A DNA stretch of 64,000 nucleotides from Octopus vulgaris. Lineage: Eukaryota. The position numbers were made by a program, and so were the translations under genes. How positions within the stretch are numbered: the first letter of the stretch is position 1; each line of letters begins with the position of its first letter. Location: positions 37,014,001 to 37,078,000 of the forward strand of contig OX597829.1 in the NCBI GenBank assembly GCA_951406725.2. The letters are read 5' to 3'. Below are positions 49,803 through 62,750 of this stretch, piece by piece. The notes beneath the pieces were generated by a model. The model was not told the DNA's origin, did not search any database, and saw nothing but the letters and a program-made list of their open reading frames with translations.

Positions 49803-49930
49803 AAAAAATACAAACTGGGACAAGAGCGCAAAACATTTAGAAGATGATACAAAAATCATGGACGGGACATTCAAAGCCTTCAATCTTCAGTCAAGAGCCG
49901 GATCATCCTTGCAATTTTGGCTGATTAATG
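49803..49930 (-). repeat. Interspersed repeat, copy of 58980-59105
   Basis: Reverse complement match (ATTAATCAGCC.AAATTGC.AGGATGATCCGG.TCTTGACTGAAGATTGAAGGC...GTCCCAGTTTGTATTTT). Confidence 0.85.
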
Positions 49931-50099
49931 AATATATATATATATATATATATATATGCTGCAGAAAGTGGTCTATGTTTGTCGTGGTGAGTAGGGAGGA
50001 TCAGGGGCTAAAAACGTAACCTGAGTACCAATAGGACAGCAGCCTGCCAAAGTTTGGGTACCACTGACTTAAATGATTTAAGATCTTTATTCTGTCTCA

Positions 50100-50830
50100 T
50101 AAGGATGCTCATGTCTTAAGGATAATTTTTTTTGTGCATATTGGCTCTTCTCTCTGTGATAAATTTAATGTATATAGTTTACATTCTTTGAATATGATAT
50201 CAATGTCACACATAGAAAGACTTTTTGGGGCAATTCTGTTTAAGTGTATAGTTTTCAATTGACTTCCAGTCAGCCTTGTACAAGTTCAGACTAGATAGGG
50301 TTTGGGTGTTATCTCTGTAAAATACATCGTTAATTAGTCCTAATAGTTCTATTATGTTATGGTCTGAGAAAATTATCAACGATACCTTCACATTGTGGAT
50401 AAGTTCTACACTATTCATGAAGCAGAAACCTAAGATGCTATTTTTTCTGGTTGGAAAAAGTATGGTTTGTTCCGGGAATATTTTCTTTGTGTGGTCAAGC
50501 ATTGGTTTTATTTGATTGCATTCTTTGTATGTCATTCCTAAGATTATGTCTCCTTTAGGCCATTTGATGTTGTGGAAATTGAAGTTGCTTATCAGAAGTC
50601 CATTAATGCATTGATGTAGTATTTTTAGTACTTCTTATATCAGTATAAAGCTTTCCTCAAATTTACTTTATAATTTTGAGGCATCAGGTGGATGATATGT
50701 GCATATTACCACATGTTGCTTTAAATGTACTATGTGTGTGTCACAGACTGAGTTTTGAATCTTACAACAAGGTTAAAGGTCATCTTCACAAGCATACATC
50801 ACAACTCCACCATGACTTCTTTCTCTTAGC
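50100..50830 (-). mobile_element. Old CR1-like APE endonuclease fragment
   Basis: GGVVMY, NFNFHNIKWP, PTRKNSILGFCF, FSDHNIIE, LNLYKADW. Confidence 0.75.
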
Positions 50831-51467
50831 TCATTTTTGAGCAAATTACCGAGGCCAATACTACTTTCTACTCTATTTTGTATAAGTCCTTTGGCTACTG
50901 GAGGGAAGGTAGGGTAATTGTCGCACTGTCAATGGGTTTTGAGCTACAAACATGTGCCTGCAACCAACTTTTTATCTCTGGGCAATAAGCCTATCCCTTT
51001 CCTGGATGGTATGCCTATAATGGAAAATTCTTGAATGTTGAGATTATCTCTCCTTCTTAAGTGGAGTTGGTCATAATTGCCATGTTGTAATCATGATATG
51101 TCCTCTAGACACAGGGATAATTTTAATAAATCAAGAATTTTTATGAGGTATTTAACATGTTTTTAAAATACATGCCATTGGATAATTCCAGTTATTTCTC
51201 TTAACAGTTTTTGTTTAAATGCTTGCTGGCTGGCAGGCTCCATCTTTCCGTCTGTCTGTCCATCCATCTATCCATCTGATTGGGAAGTAAACTTTACCCA
51301 TACACACAAACACTTCATATATATCTATGCATGTGAATTTGTCACCCCAACCACTACTTGACACCAGATGCTGGTTGATTTGCTCCACTAAAACCTCTCG
51401 AGTTGTGCCCTGGCATAGCCACAGTCCAGTGACTGAAAGAAGTAAACCATAAAAGATAATGTTCTGT

Positions 51468-52262
51468 GTGTGATAGGTAAATTGTCGCCATTCTATATTT
51501 TCAATTTCATGCATGTGCATTGTTTGTCTTTGATTTTGTTGACTACGGTGATGATGACAGTATAGTAGAGTCAGTTGGGCACCATCTGTGAGAAAAGTAG
51601 CACCATGATGCAATTCACTGCTGGAAATTAGGAAATGACATGCTGTACTACTTGGCATTTGTGCCGGAAGCTCCAGTACGAACATTTCAGAATGTTTGGG
51701 TGTCAATCTGAGGACTTGTACCAAGAGTGATAAAATCAAATATCCAGTCAACATTATGGTGTTTGGAGTGATCACTAGTGATGGTGATGTTGTGCTTCCA
51801 TCCACCTTCCCACATAGCCTCAGACTTAGCCTACATCAAGTGTCTGGAGGAGGTAGTGCTGCCCTGGGTCAAGAGAGTGGCTGCTGGAAGACACTATGTC
51901 TTGCAACAGGACTCTGCACCTTGCCACACAAGCAGGAGAACCCAGTCATGGCTGTTAGACAATTTCTGCAACCACATCACCCCTAACATCTGAACACCTA
52001 ACTCCCCAGACTGCAACCTCATTGATTATTGTATGTGGAGCGCAGTTAAGCAAGAGACCAACAAAACTCCTTGTAACACCAAAGATGAATTGCAGGCAAG
52101 GATTATGGTAGTATTCACCAACTTAAACAAGGAGACCATCCATAAGAGTTGCAGGAAATTCCAATGTCATCTGGAGACCGTGGTTGAAGCCAATGGCAAT
52201 TTCATTGAATAAATTTACTCTTTAGTATTTCAAGATATTTTTATGTAATTTTGGTAAATATA
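51468..52262 (+). mobile_element. maT (DD37D) transposon with internal deletion
   Basis: KYPVNIMVFGVITSDG, QQDSAPCHTS...PNSPDCNLIDY; 37 codons between the last two catalytic D by my count (one is a stop at the W position). Confidence 0.88.
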
Positions 52263-52520
52263 TAAACTTGCTACGTGTATACTCTGTGATGACATCCCTC
52301 TCGCCGGACTTCTTTCTGATGATCTCGCTACTGATGTACTCTCCCAACGAGATACCAAGCATTGACCTTTCCATGGCTCTTTGAGCCGTTACCAGTCTCT
52401 GCTCTTCTCTCTTTGTGGTAGCCCAGGTTTCACTATCATATAACATTGCAGGTAGAACTGTACTGTTGATGAGGTTGGCGCAGGTGGCCCTGTCCAACAT
52501 TCCCTTGAGCACATCCCTTA
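52263..52520 (-). mobile_element. RTE LINE C-terminal fragment
   Basis: ORF 52222-52512: VLPAMLYDSETWATTK..EQRLVTAQRAMERSMLGIS. Confidence 0.85.
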
Positions 52521-52531
52521 TGTCATTATAT

Positions 52532-52575
<44 letters not shown>

Positions 52576-52639
52576 TGACAGTTAGAAAAAGTAAAGAATT
52601 ACAGATAGATAGTTAAAGAGTAAATGTATAATGTTTTGG

Positions 52640-53715
52640 ATGTAATCTTTTGTCACTTGTTAAGGTTGTTTCTATAGATGTTCTGTAGAAATTCTAACTA
52701 ACACTGACTTTTGTTATGACATTTCACATCCAAAATAACAGATGTAAACAATCAATGAGATCAAGAATGAAAATAGGGTAATGGGTGTATATGCTATATT
52801 TCAGGAGATTTTGTCCCTTCATCTCCTATCTAACTCTTTAATTGCCTATGAACACATTGTTTGAATAGCCACTAAATATAGCAGTGTAACATTATTGGAT
52901 ATTCCAATTTTACATATTAAACACATTCCTGGAAGCTGGTATGTAAATATTAATGACCTTTAGGGATGACACAGTATTTTGTTATGCAACCATAATCTCT
53001 CTATATATAAACGGCAGTTTGTCTGTGCGTGTTTCTCTGTGTCTGTTTGCTTGTACCTTCACCCTGACCACGGCTTTCAACCGATTCTGATGAAACTTGA
53101 CACACACATAGCCCAATGTCATAATTCAAAACTAACGCAGCGAAAATTTTGAAAAGTTCCCCCAGTTCTGAAAAAAATCGATAAATTCGACATGGGGTCC
53201 AGAATCAGAAACACAAACTGTCTAGGGGACGCAACTCCACCTTTTTTAACTAAAAAAAAAAAATTTACCATCATTTTTTTCCATTTTTTGGCTATAACTC
53301 TCTAAAAATGCTTTATAGTTATTTCCCTTACAAACCTGAGCAACGCCGGGCGATACTGCTAGTATACTATAAAAGATATTAAATGTTTTTAGACATCAGT
53401 ACCACGTTCTACTGTGTTAGCAGATGTTTCATATCTGAGATGTCAGATGTAAACAAAGAATGAGATGGGTGCTATGGAATGGGCAAAACCTCCTGAAATA
53501 TAGCATATATGTCCATTTTACATCTTCGATCTCAGAAATGAAATAGCATTACAAAAAACAGTGCTAGCTATAATTTCTAAAGAATATCTGTAGAGCTAAC
53601 CATAACAAGTGATGTAAAGTGCACTGCTAACACAGTAGAACACGTTATTGATTTATAAAAATGTTTCATATACATTATATTATGGTTGCATGATGAAATA
53701 CCATGTCCCTACAAA
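52640..53715. repeat. Foldback/MITE-like inverted-repeat element(s)
   Basis: 52959-52995 plus 53363-53423 is the reverse complement of 53624-53714; 52648-52720 is the reverse complement of 53545-53619. Confidence 0.7.
52996..53362 (+). mobile_element. Short non-autonomous Helitron (367 bp)
   Basis: A|TCTCTCTATATATAAA...CCTGAGCAACGCCGGG hairpin...CTAG|T; no TSD. Confidence 0.88.
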
Positions 53716-53934
53716 TCATTAGTAATCTTTTGTTGGGTATTAGAGGAAAGTCCAGGAGAGACAAGGAAGAGAAAAAAGAGAAGAATAATGAAGAGTCAGA
53801 GAGTCAAGAAGATGTGCTCATGAGTTGGATGAATATGTTTGACCATTGACGGATATATAGGTATATAAGTATATAAATACTATATACATATATATATATA
53901 CATACATCTATATATAAAATGTGTATGTGTATAC

Positions 53935-54293
53935 TCTTTACTTACTTGTTTCAGTCATTTGACTGTGGCCATGCACCTTTAGTCGAGCAAATCAACCCCA
54001 GGATTTATTCTTTGGAAGCCTAGTACTTATTCTATCGATCCCTTTTGCCGAACCGCTAAGTTACGGGGACATAAACACACCAGCATCAGCTGTCAAGCGA
54101 TGTTAGGGGGACAAAGCACAAACACACAAACGTATACACACGGCAGGCTTCTTTCAGTTTCTGTCTACCAAATCCACTACCAAATTGGCCCAAGGCTATA
54201 GTAAAAGACACTTGCCCGAGGTGCCACACAGTGGGATTGAACCCGGAACCATGTGGTTGGTTAGCAAGCTACTTACCACACAGCCACTCCTAC
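53935..54293 (-). mobile_element. SINE family A, full length
   Basis: Reverse complement of 10687-11070. Confidence 0.9.
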
Positions 54294-55479
54294 GTCTCTA
54301 CATCCATACTTATATATGTATGTAGTGTACAGGCACATATACACATGTATATGTAAGAGTAGGTATGTCTGTCTGTTTGAGGACATTGCTTTCTAATCAT
54401 ATGGCTTTGGGTTCAGTCCTACTGTGTTTCATGTTGGGCAAAGTGTTTTCTACTATAGCCCAAAACCTGATAATAGATTTTACCACTTCTGCCTGCATTT
54501 CCTTCATTTCCATGACGATATAGGCAGAGTGTGAATATACATATGCATACACATAATGTCTCTATACATTATTTGTGTGTATATCTATGTGCATGTATAT
54601 ATGTGTATGTGCATGTACATATATGTGTTTGTGTGTGTGAGTTTTAGATCCTTGTGCTTGCTTGATCCCCCAGTTGTCTATTATGGGAACAACCATGGTT
54701 GTCTGAAACTGCTGCTTCAATGCTTCCACTGTTACCACTACAGTGTGCATCATTACAGAAAAATGTACTACCTCAGTGTTAGTGGACAGTCTGGGAAAAA
54801 TAGCTTAGTAGTTTTCTTCTCTTATATCTAATAAATTCTTAGCTAAATGCCTAACTCTGCTTAGGAGACAATGTTAGATATTACAGTAAACTTCACATCA
54901 GTTGCGGTCACTCTAAGAATCCTTTGTCAGATGTGATGTCATAGTCATAATGACCTCTCTAGGACAAATAGTTTGATAAATGAATCCTTTACCTTCTCTC
55001 CTTGGGCATTCCAAATAAACCCAGTAGTAAATGAAAAGTCTGCTGCTCTCTACAAACCTGGACTCTAGAAACTACAATGAAGGCAACATGTTTAGATGAG
55101 TAGTTTGAATAAAAACTGACTTTTTAGTCCTGAAAGATAGTCTTGTTAGTAGTGTTGGTGATACAATAAGATGCCACTAATTGTATTGTAAGTGGCTGGT
55201 GATAAGAAGGCCATGCAGCCAGAAAAAAAAAAAGAAACCCCAAACGTCAAAATGATGACAGATTTGAATGCAACATATAACCTATATTGCATATGTAGGA
55301 CTAACACCATGTTAGTTTCTGTGCATGATGTGCTGTGGCTAGGTGTAAATATCTAGTCATGTGTGTACATCCCTTGACTGTCATCAAATGTTTGCACCAA
55401 CTCTCTTCCTTTCAGATGCAGAAAATGGACATCAAACAACACATCTCAACCAGGTATTCTCTTCCTACTGTCAGGTGCA

Positions 55480-56780
55480 AAACTTCAGAGCTGCCACCAT
55501 TGTTGTTGGCATGGTGAAAGGTAGGTCTGGAGAAATTTATAGAGATGCTAAAGTGGCAATGAGTTTATTATTTTTTTTTTTGCGTGCTGTGTAGAATACT
55601 TAAGATGGAGGAGAGCCTTCGCCAGACTTTTCATGTTGCAAATATCACAGATACCAATTCTTCAAAATGATGATAGCATAGTGGAAGGCCAAGTAGACAT
55701 ATTGTTGGCAGTGAAGGGGATATAAAAAGTAATTCAGGTATTTGGAGAATATGTCAGAATAATTAAGTTTAAATTAATCATTGACAACATGATGGCAGTA
55801 GTTTCCTATGTACGTGCTTGAGCCAAAGGATGTTTTCTATAAGGTTCTCTTGAACACTACCCATGTAACAAATGGCCAATATCTTCATCATGCTTTGCTG
55901 GCTACTCCAATGTATCTTGAAGCTTTGGATAGGGTTCAAGGAATGAAGTGGGGTCAGAGCTCTTTGAGTTCTTTGCTACAAATGACTTAACAATTTGCAA
56001 CACTAACTTCAGAGAACCTGCCAGTCACTTGTCAGCTAGGATTCAAGTGAATACACAGGCCAGATAGATTTCATATTCATCAGGAAGTAGGACAAAATAC
56101 TAAGAAGAATGTACTATTCAACATTGACTACTTTTCAGTAACTTCAAGGTAAGGGTTTGATGAACTCAGAGGCACATGGCAATCTGGAATGGAAGATATG
56201 AAAGCTGAAAGATATACAGCTTGTGAGCTGAAATAGATAAAAAAAAAAATGTGGGTTCAAAGATGCTACATTTGATGAAGAGTGCAGAGGAGATAGAAAC
56301 TACAATAAAGGGAACATCTATAGGCTTCAACCAGACATGCTCTGAGTCATAGACCAAATCTCTTGATGTAATTAGGTTCCAGCCAGATGGAAGTTATGGC
56401 ATGAGGATGAATGGTACAATTGTTAATGCTAAGAAACAGATCTGGAAAGATTGGAAGAAATGGGGAGGAATGAACAATATGAGATAGTGAAATGTCTGCT
56501 ATACTTGAGAAGAAAAGTTGAAAGTAAGTGGTTTGTTGATCTTCTGTAACAAGAGGATCAGATCATTTGAAGTGTTCTTGTTTGCAAAATTGTCAGTATG
56601 TATGGAATGAAATTTGCACTCTTGAATTCACAGAAGCAGATAAGAAAGAGTTGTGGAATGCTCTGAGAGGTTACAGTATGAGCAGAAAGCAGTTATAGTG
56701 CAATTAATTAGGAAGAAAATTAGAGATAAGATGTAGTTTGAGTTGTGTCAGGATTGTGTATCACTGATGCCCTCTTCTGC
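55480..56780 (+). mobile_element. Highly decayed RTE LINE 5' region
   Basis: FRAATIVVGMVKGRSGEI, ICNTNFR, QIDFIFIR; collinear with 37665-38800. Confidence 0.7.
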
Positions 56781-56834
56781 AGTTGTAGATGAGAAGTATT
56801 CTATTAGATCTAGCATTAACTTGAGGAGACTTTT

Positions 56835-57420
56835 ATCTTTTACTTGTTCCAGTTATTAGACTGTGGCCATGCTAGAGCACCACCTTTTACTTGAATGAAT
56901 TGATTCCAGTACTTACTTTTTTTCATTTTTTGAAACTTGGTACTTTTTTTGTCAACCTCTTTTGCCAAACCACTAAGTTATGAGGACATAAACACAGCAA
57001 CACCAAGTGGTGGTGAGGAGAAACAAAGATACACACACACAAAGATATGTGCACAAAGATACACACACACAATGGGCTTCTTTCTGTTTCTTATTTCTTT
57101 ATTGCCCACAAGGGGCTAAACATGGAGGGGACAAACAAGGACAGATAAAGGGATTAAGTTGATTACATCGACCCCCAGTGTGTAAGTGGTACTTAATTTA
57201 TCGACCCCGAAAGGATGAAAGGCAAAGTCAACCTTGACAGAATTTGAATGCAGAACGTAATGGCAGACGAAATACCGCTAAGCATTTCACCTGGCATGCT
57301 AATGTTTCTGCCTGCCCGCCGCCTTTTCTGTTTCTGTCTATCAAATCCATTCACAAGGCTTTGATTAGCTGAAGTCTATAGTAGAAGACTTGCTCAGGGC
57401 GCCATGCAGTGTGATTGAAC
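56835..57420 (-). mobile_element. SINE family A split by a family B insertion
   Basis: Family A 3' half 56835-57091 and 5' half 57325-57420. Confidence 0.82.
57092..57324 (-). mobile_element. SINE family B nested in family A
   Basis: TSD TTTCTGTTTCT at 57081-57091 and 57325-57335. Confidence 0.9.
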
Positions 57421-58199
57421 CTCCTCCTTAGCTGTTTCACAGTACTACTTTGAAGAGGAATGGAAAGAAAGGTAGTCATCACCATTCTAACTCAACAGGG
57501 ATCTTTTCAACATCAGAAGCCTGAAGGTTATCACCAAGCTCAAATCTGATCAGATCATTGAACTAAACCTTGCTGATAACTCTAGCACACACTCAAGAAG
57601 CCTTTAGGGTCATTATTGCAGCAGCCAATACTGCTTAGATAAGACTGGACTTTATAATTACACCCTGGAAACAGGTAATTTATCATTGCATATTGCACTA
57701 CTCTTTATTTCCATGATCCCACCTCAACTTTCTCAGAATGATAGCAATAGCTAGCCACTCTCTTCCAGTACAGCTACCAAAGTAGCATTATTTCTAGTGA
57801 CTGCATCTGGACATGAAAATTCTAGACCATCCCAGGCATCCGTATCCTTTCAAAAGCTGTGAAAATAGTATTTCTAAGCAACTATCTCCACTTCATTTTT
57901 TATGGTTGTGAGACACAGACTACTTATAACCATACATCAAAACTTTACAAGCCTTCAACATTTAATGTTTTTCAAAAATACTTTTAGTCACCTGGCAAGA
58001 TATAGTTATACATAAAGAAATCGTGTATTGTTGGATATTGTTCTTAGGATTAAGTCGACTCAGAAGTTCTCTTTTCATAGAATACTGTTCAGCAATGAAA
58101 GGGGTTTCAAGGACATATGTATATATATACACACACATATATATATATACATATATGTATATATATGTGTGTGTGTGTATTTGTATATATATATATGTA

Positions 58200-58260
<61 letters not shown>

Positions 58261-58280
58261 ATGTATATATATTTGTATGT

Positions 58281-58525
58281 ATCATCATCATCATCATCAT
58301 CATCATCGTTTAACGTCCGTTTTCCGCGCTAGCACGGGTTGGACGGTTTCGACCGGGGTCTGGGGAGCTCGGGACTGCCCCAGGCTCCAGTCTAGTCTGG
58401 CAGTGTTTCTACAGCTGGATGCCCTTCCTAACGCCAACCACTCCGCGAGTGTAGTGGGTGTTTTTTACGTGCCACCTGCACAGGTGCCAGAGGGGTCTGG
58501 CATCGGCCACGTTCGGATGGTGCTT
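58281..58525 (-). mobile_element. Family C repeat ((ATG)n-tailed RTE UTR/SINE)
   Basis: (CAT)n-CGTTTAACGTCCG...GATGCCCTTCCTAACGCCAACC. Confidence 0.85.
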
Positions 58526-59154
58526 TTTTTCTGTGGGGGGGGGGATGCAGAAATATATAGGGGAGCACCAGTGGGGAGGGGTGGTTCAGAGAAATGATGA
58601 CAGGTTCTAGGCAAGTAGAACGTAGGATATCAAGAGAGGGTAATGCATGGTGAAATAGCGTGTTGAAGAGGGGGGTTCGAAGAGTAGACACCTATAATGG
58701 TGGTGGGAGAAGCGACATCCGGTATAGATGGAACAAAAATATAGAGATATCCGGTATTATATTTCCAAATACGCCAGCTAAACTTGTACTGTTTATTAGT
58801 CGTAAGACACCCGCTGTTTTTGTCCTGTTTTTACCATTATTGTTTTTTGTATTTTATATTCGTGTGGCATCGTCCGTTTTTCTATCCCTGTTTTGTATAC
58901 ATTCGATCCTTCTTCCAAGAAATCTAATGCTCGTAGCTTAGTTTTTCCTTGGGGTTGGCCGGATCGGAGCGATCTCAAGATTAATCAGCCGAAATTGCTA
59001 GGATGATCCGGTTCTTGACTGAAGATTGAAGGCTTCGAATGTCCCATCCGTGTTTTTTGTATCGTCTTCTAAATGTTTTACGTTTTTGTCCCAGTTTGTA
59101 TTTTTCTACACATTTATATATAGCGGCGTCCGTACCCTCGTTGGCCTATATATA

Positions 59155-59305
59155 TCATCATCATCATCGTTTAACGTCCGTTTTCCGCGCTAGCATGGGT
59201 TGGACGGTTCGACCGGGGTCTGGGAAGCCAGGGGCTGCTCCAGGCTCCAGTCTGATCTGGCAGAGTTTCTACGGCTGGATGCCCTTCCTAACGCCAACCA
59301 CTCCG
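59155..59305 (-). mobile_element. Family C repeat, truncated
   Basis: Same 3' sequence as 58281-58445. Confidence 0.85.
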
Positions 59306-59974
59306 AATAACCACTATGAATAAAAAATGGAGTTAACGCAGGTTTAAACAAGTATTTTTACTTTCTACATATGTTTCGAAAATTCCACTGATACTATTCA
59401 AAAGAATAAATGGTATAAACAATGCAATCTTCTCTTCTTTATAATCTTTATAAACAAGGAGTTACAACATCTTTACTTGTGAGATTTTTGGTGCCCTGGT
59501 AACTATTTATTTATTTTTCCGTGTTAATTGTTAACAAGGTAAAAATACACATCTATATATATATCTATATATATATATAACTCCAAGAAAGTTAGAGGGT
59601 GTGAATCCAACCCACTAAGGGATAATATCTATCCAATATACTGCTGATAGAATACCCAATTATTAATACACATGTTTTTTTATTGCATTGCAATTTCATT
59701 ACTTAATGTTTTAATGTACTAAATGGGTGAAGGTAAAGAGATATTTTGCCATTAACTTATATAGCAATAAGAAAATGGAGGAGAACAATAGGTGGTTCAT
59801 CAACATTTAGACATTATATTATGTTAACTTATTTATTTATTTATTTATTTACTAAACTGATAATTACAATAATATACATACATATAACATATTCTTTACA
59901 TATAATATATAAAATATAGTAATATATAAGGATACCAGAAATTATTATAAAAAACATGAATATAAATTGGGAAA

Positions 59975-60103
59975 ATAACTTACAGCTGTTTCAGCCAGTA
60001 GATAAAAATACCTCATTCTACCTTTATTACTCAAGTGGATTGAAGTAATAGGTAGATGAACATGAGGTACTTGTATATATCTCTAGGCTTCATCAGAGAT
60101 TAT
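59975..60103 (-). ncRNA. Type I hammerhead ribozyme with long stem II
   Basis: Minus strand: ATAATCT-CTGATGA-AGCC...TACCTCAT..TCTACCT-ATTACT...AGTAAT..AGGTAGA-ATGAGGTA...GGCT-GAAA-CAGCTG-TA-AGTTAT; core fully canonical. Confidence 0.88.
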
Positions 60104-60569
60104 AAAGTACATAATGTTAAGTTATAATAAATGTAAATATAAAATAAATAAAATACACACATTCGAATATTTATATATATAGATATAAATATACATACAT
60201 ACATATATATATATACATAAATATATACTGAAATATACATACATATTTATATCCATAAGCATGTGTGTATTTTAAATCAATACAGACATTAAGCTAGCTC
60301 ATTGAGTGAGAAGAAAACATCTGTGTTAAATAATAATCTCTTGATGTAATGTTTCAAGAACACAGTCAATTTTAAAACATAAAACCTTAAGAGTTTTAAA
60401 ATAAAACCTTAAGATAAATCACCAAGACTTTAACGATATGCTGTACTTGAGAAGACTTGTGAAACCATAGTCATGGCGGTTGCCAGTGTTATGGAAATGG
60501 TACTCGTGGTTCCATGCAAGTAGCATCCGTGCCACTAGTACATAAAAAGCACCCATCACACTCTTAATA

Positions 60570-61140
60570 GAAAATAATAAGACAGTTTTCTAACAAAGGG
60601 AAGGGAATTTTAGAAATATAAAGAAAAGTAACTTGTAGATATTATTAGTATAAGAGAAGGAAAGTGATATATTTATCATTAATAACCCAGAAAATAAAAG
60701 ATTGTAAGAATAGAGAAAAAATAACAAACTGAAACTGAATAAAAGTTTTTAGAGACAATGTTTACGAAAAATAGGGATTGATATCAACAAGAAAATATGG
60801 ACAATATTAAGTTTAAAAAATAAAAAGTTTGAAGATATAAGTAAATATAAGAAAATAATCTTAAAGTATGGAAGACAATAAGAATAAGATTAATAGAAAT
60901 TAATAAGATGGTTTTCTAAGAAGAGAAAGGAAACTTATTAAGATATTAAAAAATAATTAGTAGATAGCTAAGGTATAAGGAAAGGAAAATCATATATTTA
61001 TCATTAGTAATATCGAAAATAAAAGATTGAAAAGAAAGAGAAAAAATAGTAACAAAGTGAAACTAAAAGGAGATTTATAGACAGAGTTTATGAAATATAG
61101 GGGTTGATATCAATAAGAAAAATATGAACACCATTATATT
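60570..61140. repeat. Diverged AT-rich tandem duplication (period about 325 bp)
   Basis: AATAAGA..GTTTTCTAA, ATATATTTATCATTA, GATATCAA.AAGAAAA.ATG recur. Confidence 0.7.
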
Positions 61141-61922
61141 AAAGATTAGCAGTTCAAATATATAAGTAAATAAAGAATTGGTTATAATGAAGGATGAGAG
61201 TAATGTAATTTCGTATTGTAGATGGGTATAGATTAAAGCATATAAGGTAAATATATGGAAAAACAATATTAATGTGCGTTTGTTGAAATATTGTTTAATC
61301 CCTTCCCCGGCGACTTTTTTTGGAGAAAATGTTTCATTTTCTGACAAATTTTTTTACTGCTTTTTTAAAATAGTATTCTTAATGCTGATTATGGAAATAA
61401 CTTTTGTTTTTATCCATTTCCAATATTTTACTTGAAATTTTATTTTGAAGATACCATTTTCAGCAAAATTGAGGTCAACTATTCTTCCCATATTTTTTTT
61501 AATATTTTTATTTATTTATTGCATTTTTTTTTCCAACTTTATCATCAAAACTAAAGGGGAATTACACATCTATTTTACTCTTTTTTTAGTTTGTCTTCCT
61601 TTTTAGTATTTTTCTTTTAGCAATGTTCTCTTCTGTGCTTGACATCTGGGCATAATTTATAAAATGAAACAGAAAAAAGCGAGAAATGATGAGAATTGAC
61701 ATATAAACTTTGTGTGGCTGTTTTTGAAATTATATGTTTTGGACAAATTGTGTGAAGACAAGTTAACTTGTTCTTGCTGGGTAAGGGGTTAAAATCCATA
61801 ACTATTGTTATAATACAGCTAGATACACTAAAATATATTTTTATACTTAAATACTCTATAGAAATTGTTAGTTTATAAATAAGTTCAACATCTGAATATA
61901 TATATATATATATACATACATA

Positions 61923-62683
61923 CGAGCGGTACCCAAAAGTAACAAGAAATGTTCTCTGTGGGACAAGCCTGTTGTAGTTCAGGCTTCTGCTACTAGAAGC
62001 CACTTGATGCAACCCTTAAACATCAGTAAACTGACTGGCAGAATGAAGTGTAGTCCTACTGCCATGTGGTGTATCTATGCTTTGCAGTGCTTCTCCCCTG
62101 TTCATCGATATTTTGCGATGATTGAAGCAAAGGAGTAATGTACTTCCATGAAATTCTGTTTACTGCTGGGGAAAATGGCAGCCAAAACAGTTATTATGCT
62201 TCTAACAACTTACAAGGATGCTGCCATGAGCAAAACACAAGTTTATGAGTGGTTTTCATGCTTTAGGAATGGTCACTTGTTGCTTGAAGACCAACCTTGT
62301 TCAGGGTGCCCATTGACCTGAATGAATGAAAATTCATGAACTGATCTTGAAAGACTGTACCAAACAACTGACAAACTTGTTGATATGTCTGGTGTGTCCT
62401 GGAGCTCCTGCCAAAAATTTTGAGCAAGGAGTTGTGAATGAAAAGAGATGCAGCAAAATTTATGCCTCACTTGCTCACAGAAGATCAAAAACAGTCATGA
62501 CTGAATGCATGTTGTGAACTGAAAGAACAGTTGGAAGTTGATCTGGACCTTTTTTCGAAGGTCATTACTGATGACAAAAAGCTGGTGCTATAGAATTTGC
62601 AGATGTGGAAAAGGTGAAGAAAAAAATGGTGGCATTAAAAAGCATCACTCTGCAAGAGTTCTAGGATAGCTTTGAACAGTGGA
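61923..62683 (+). mobile_element. Mariner with internal deletion, decayed
   Basis: TA|CGAGCGGTACCCAAAAG TIR-like start; MSKTQVYEWFSCFRNGHLLLEDQPCSGCP, KVITDD. Confidence 0.8.
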
Positions 62684-62684
62684 A

Positions 62685-62745
<61 letters not shown>

Positions 62746-62750
<5 letters not shown>

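Noticed and set aside
51215-51805. 196-aa minus-strand ORF
   Set aside because: Spans the antisense of the maT element and a SINE remnant; chimeric and non-coding
54556-54831. Short ORFs on both strands
   Set aside because: Partly microsatellite, no recognisable domain or splice context
57470-57620. Possible RTE RT fragment (LFNIRSLKV...LADN)
   Set aside because: Too short and degraded to call with confidence
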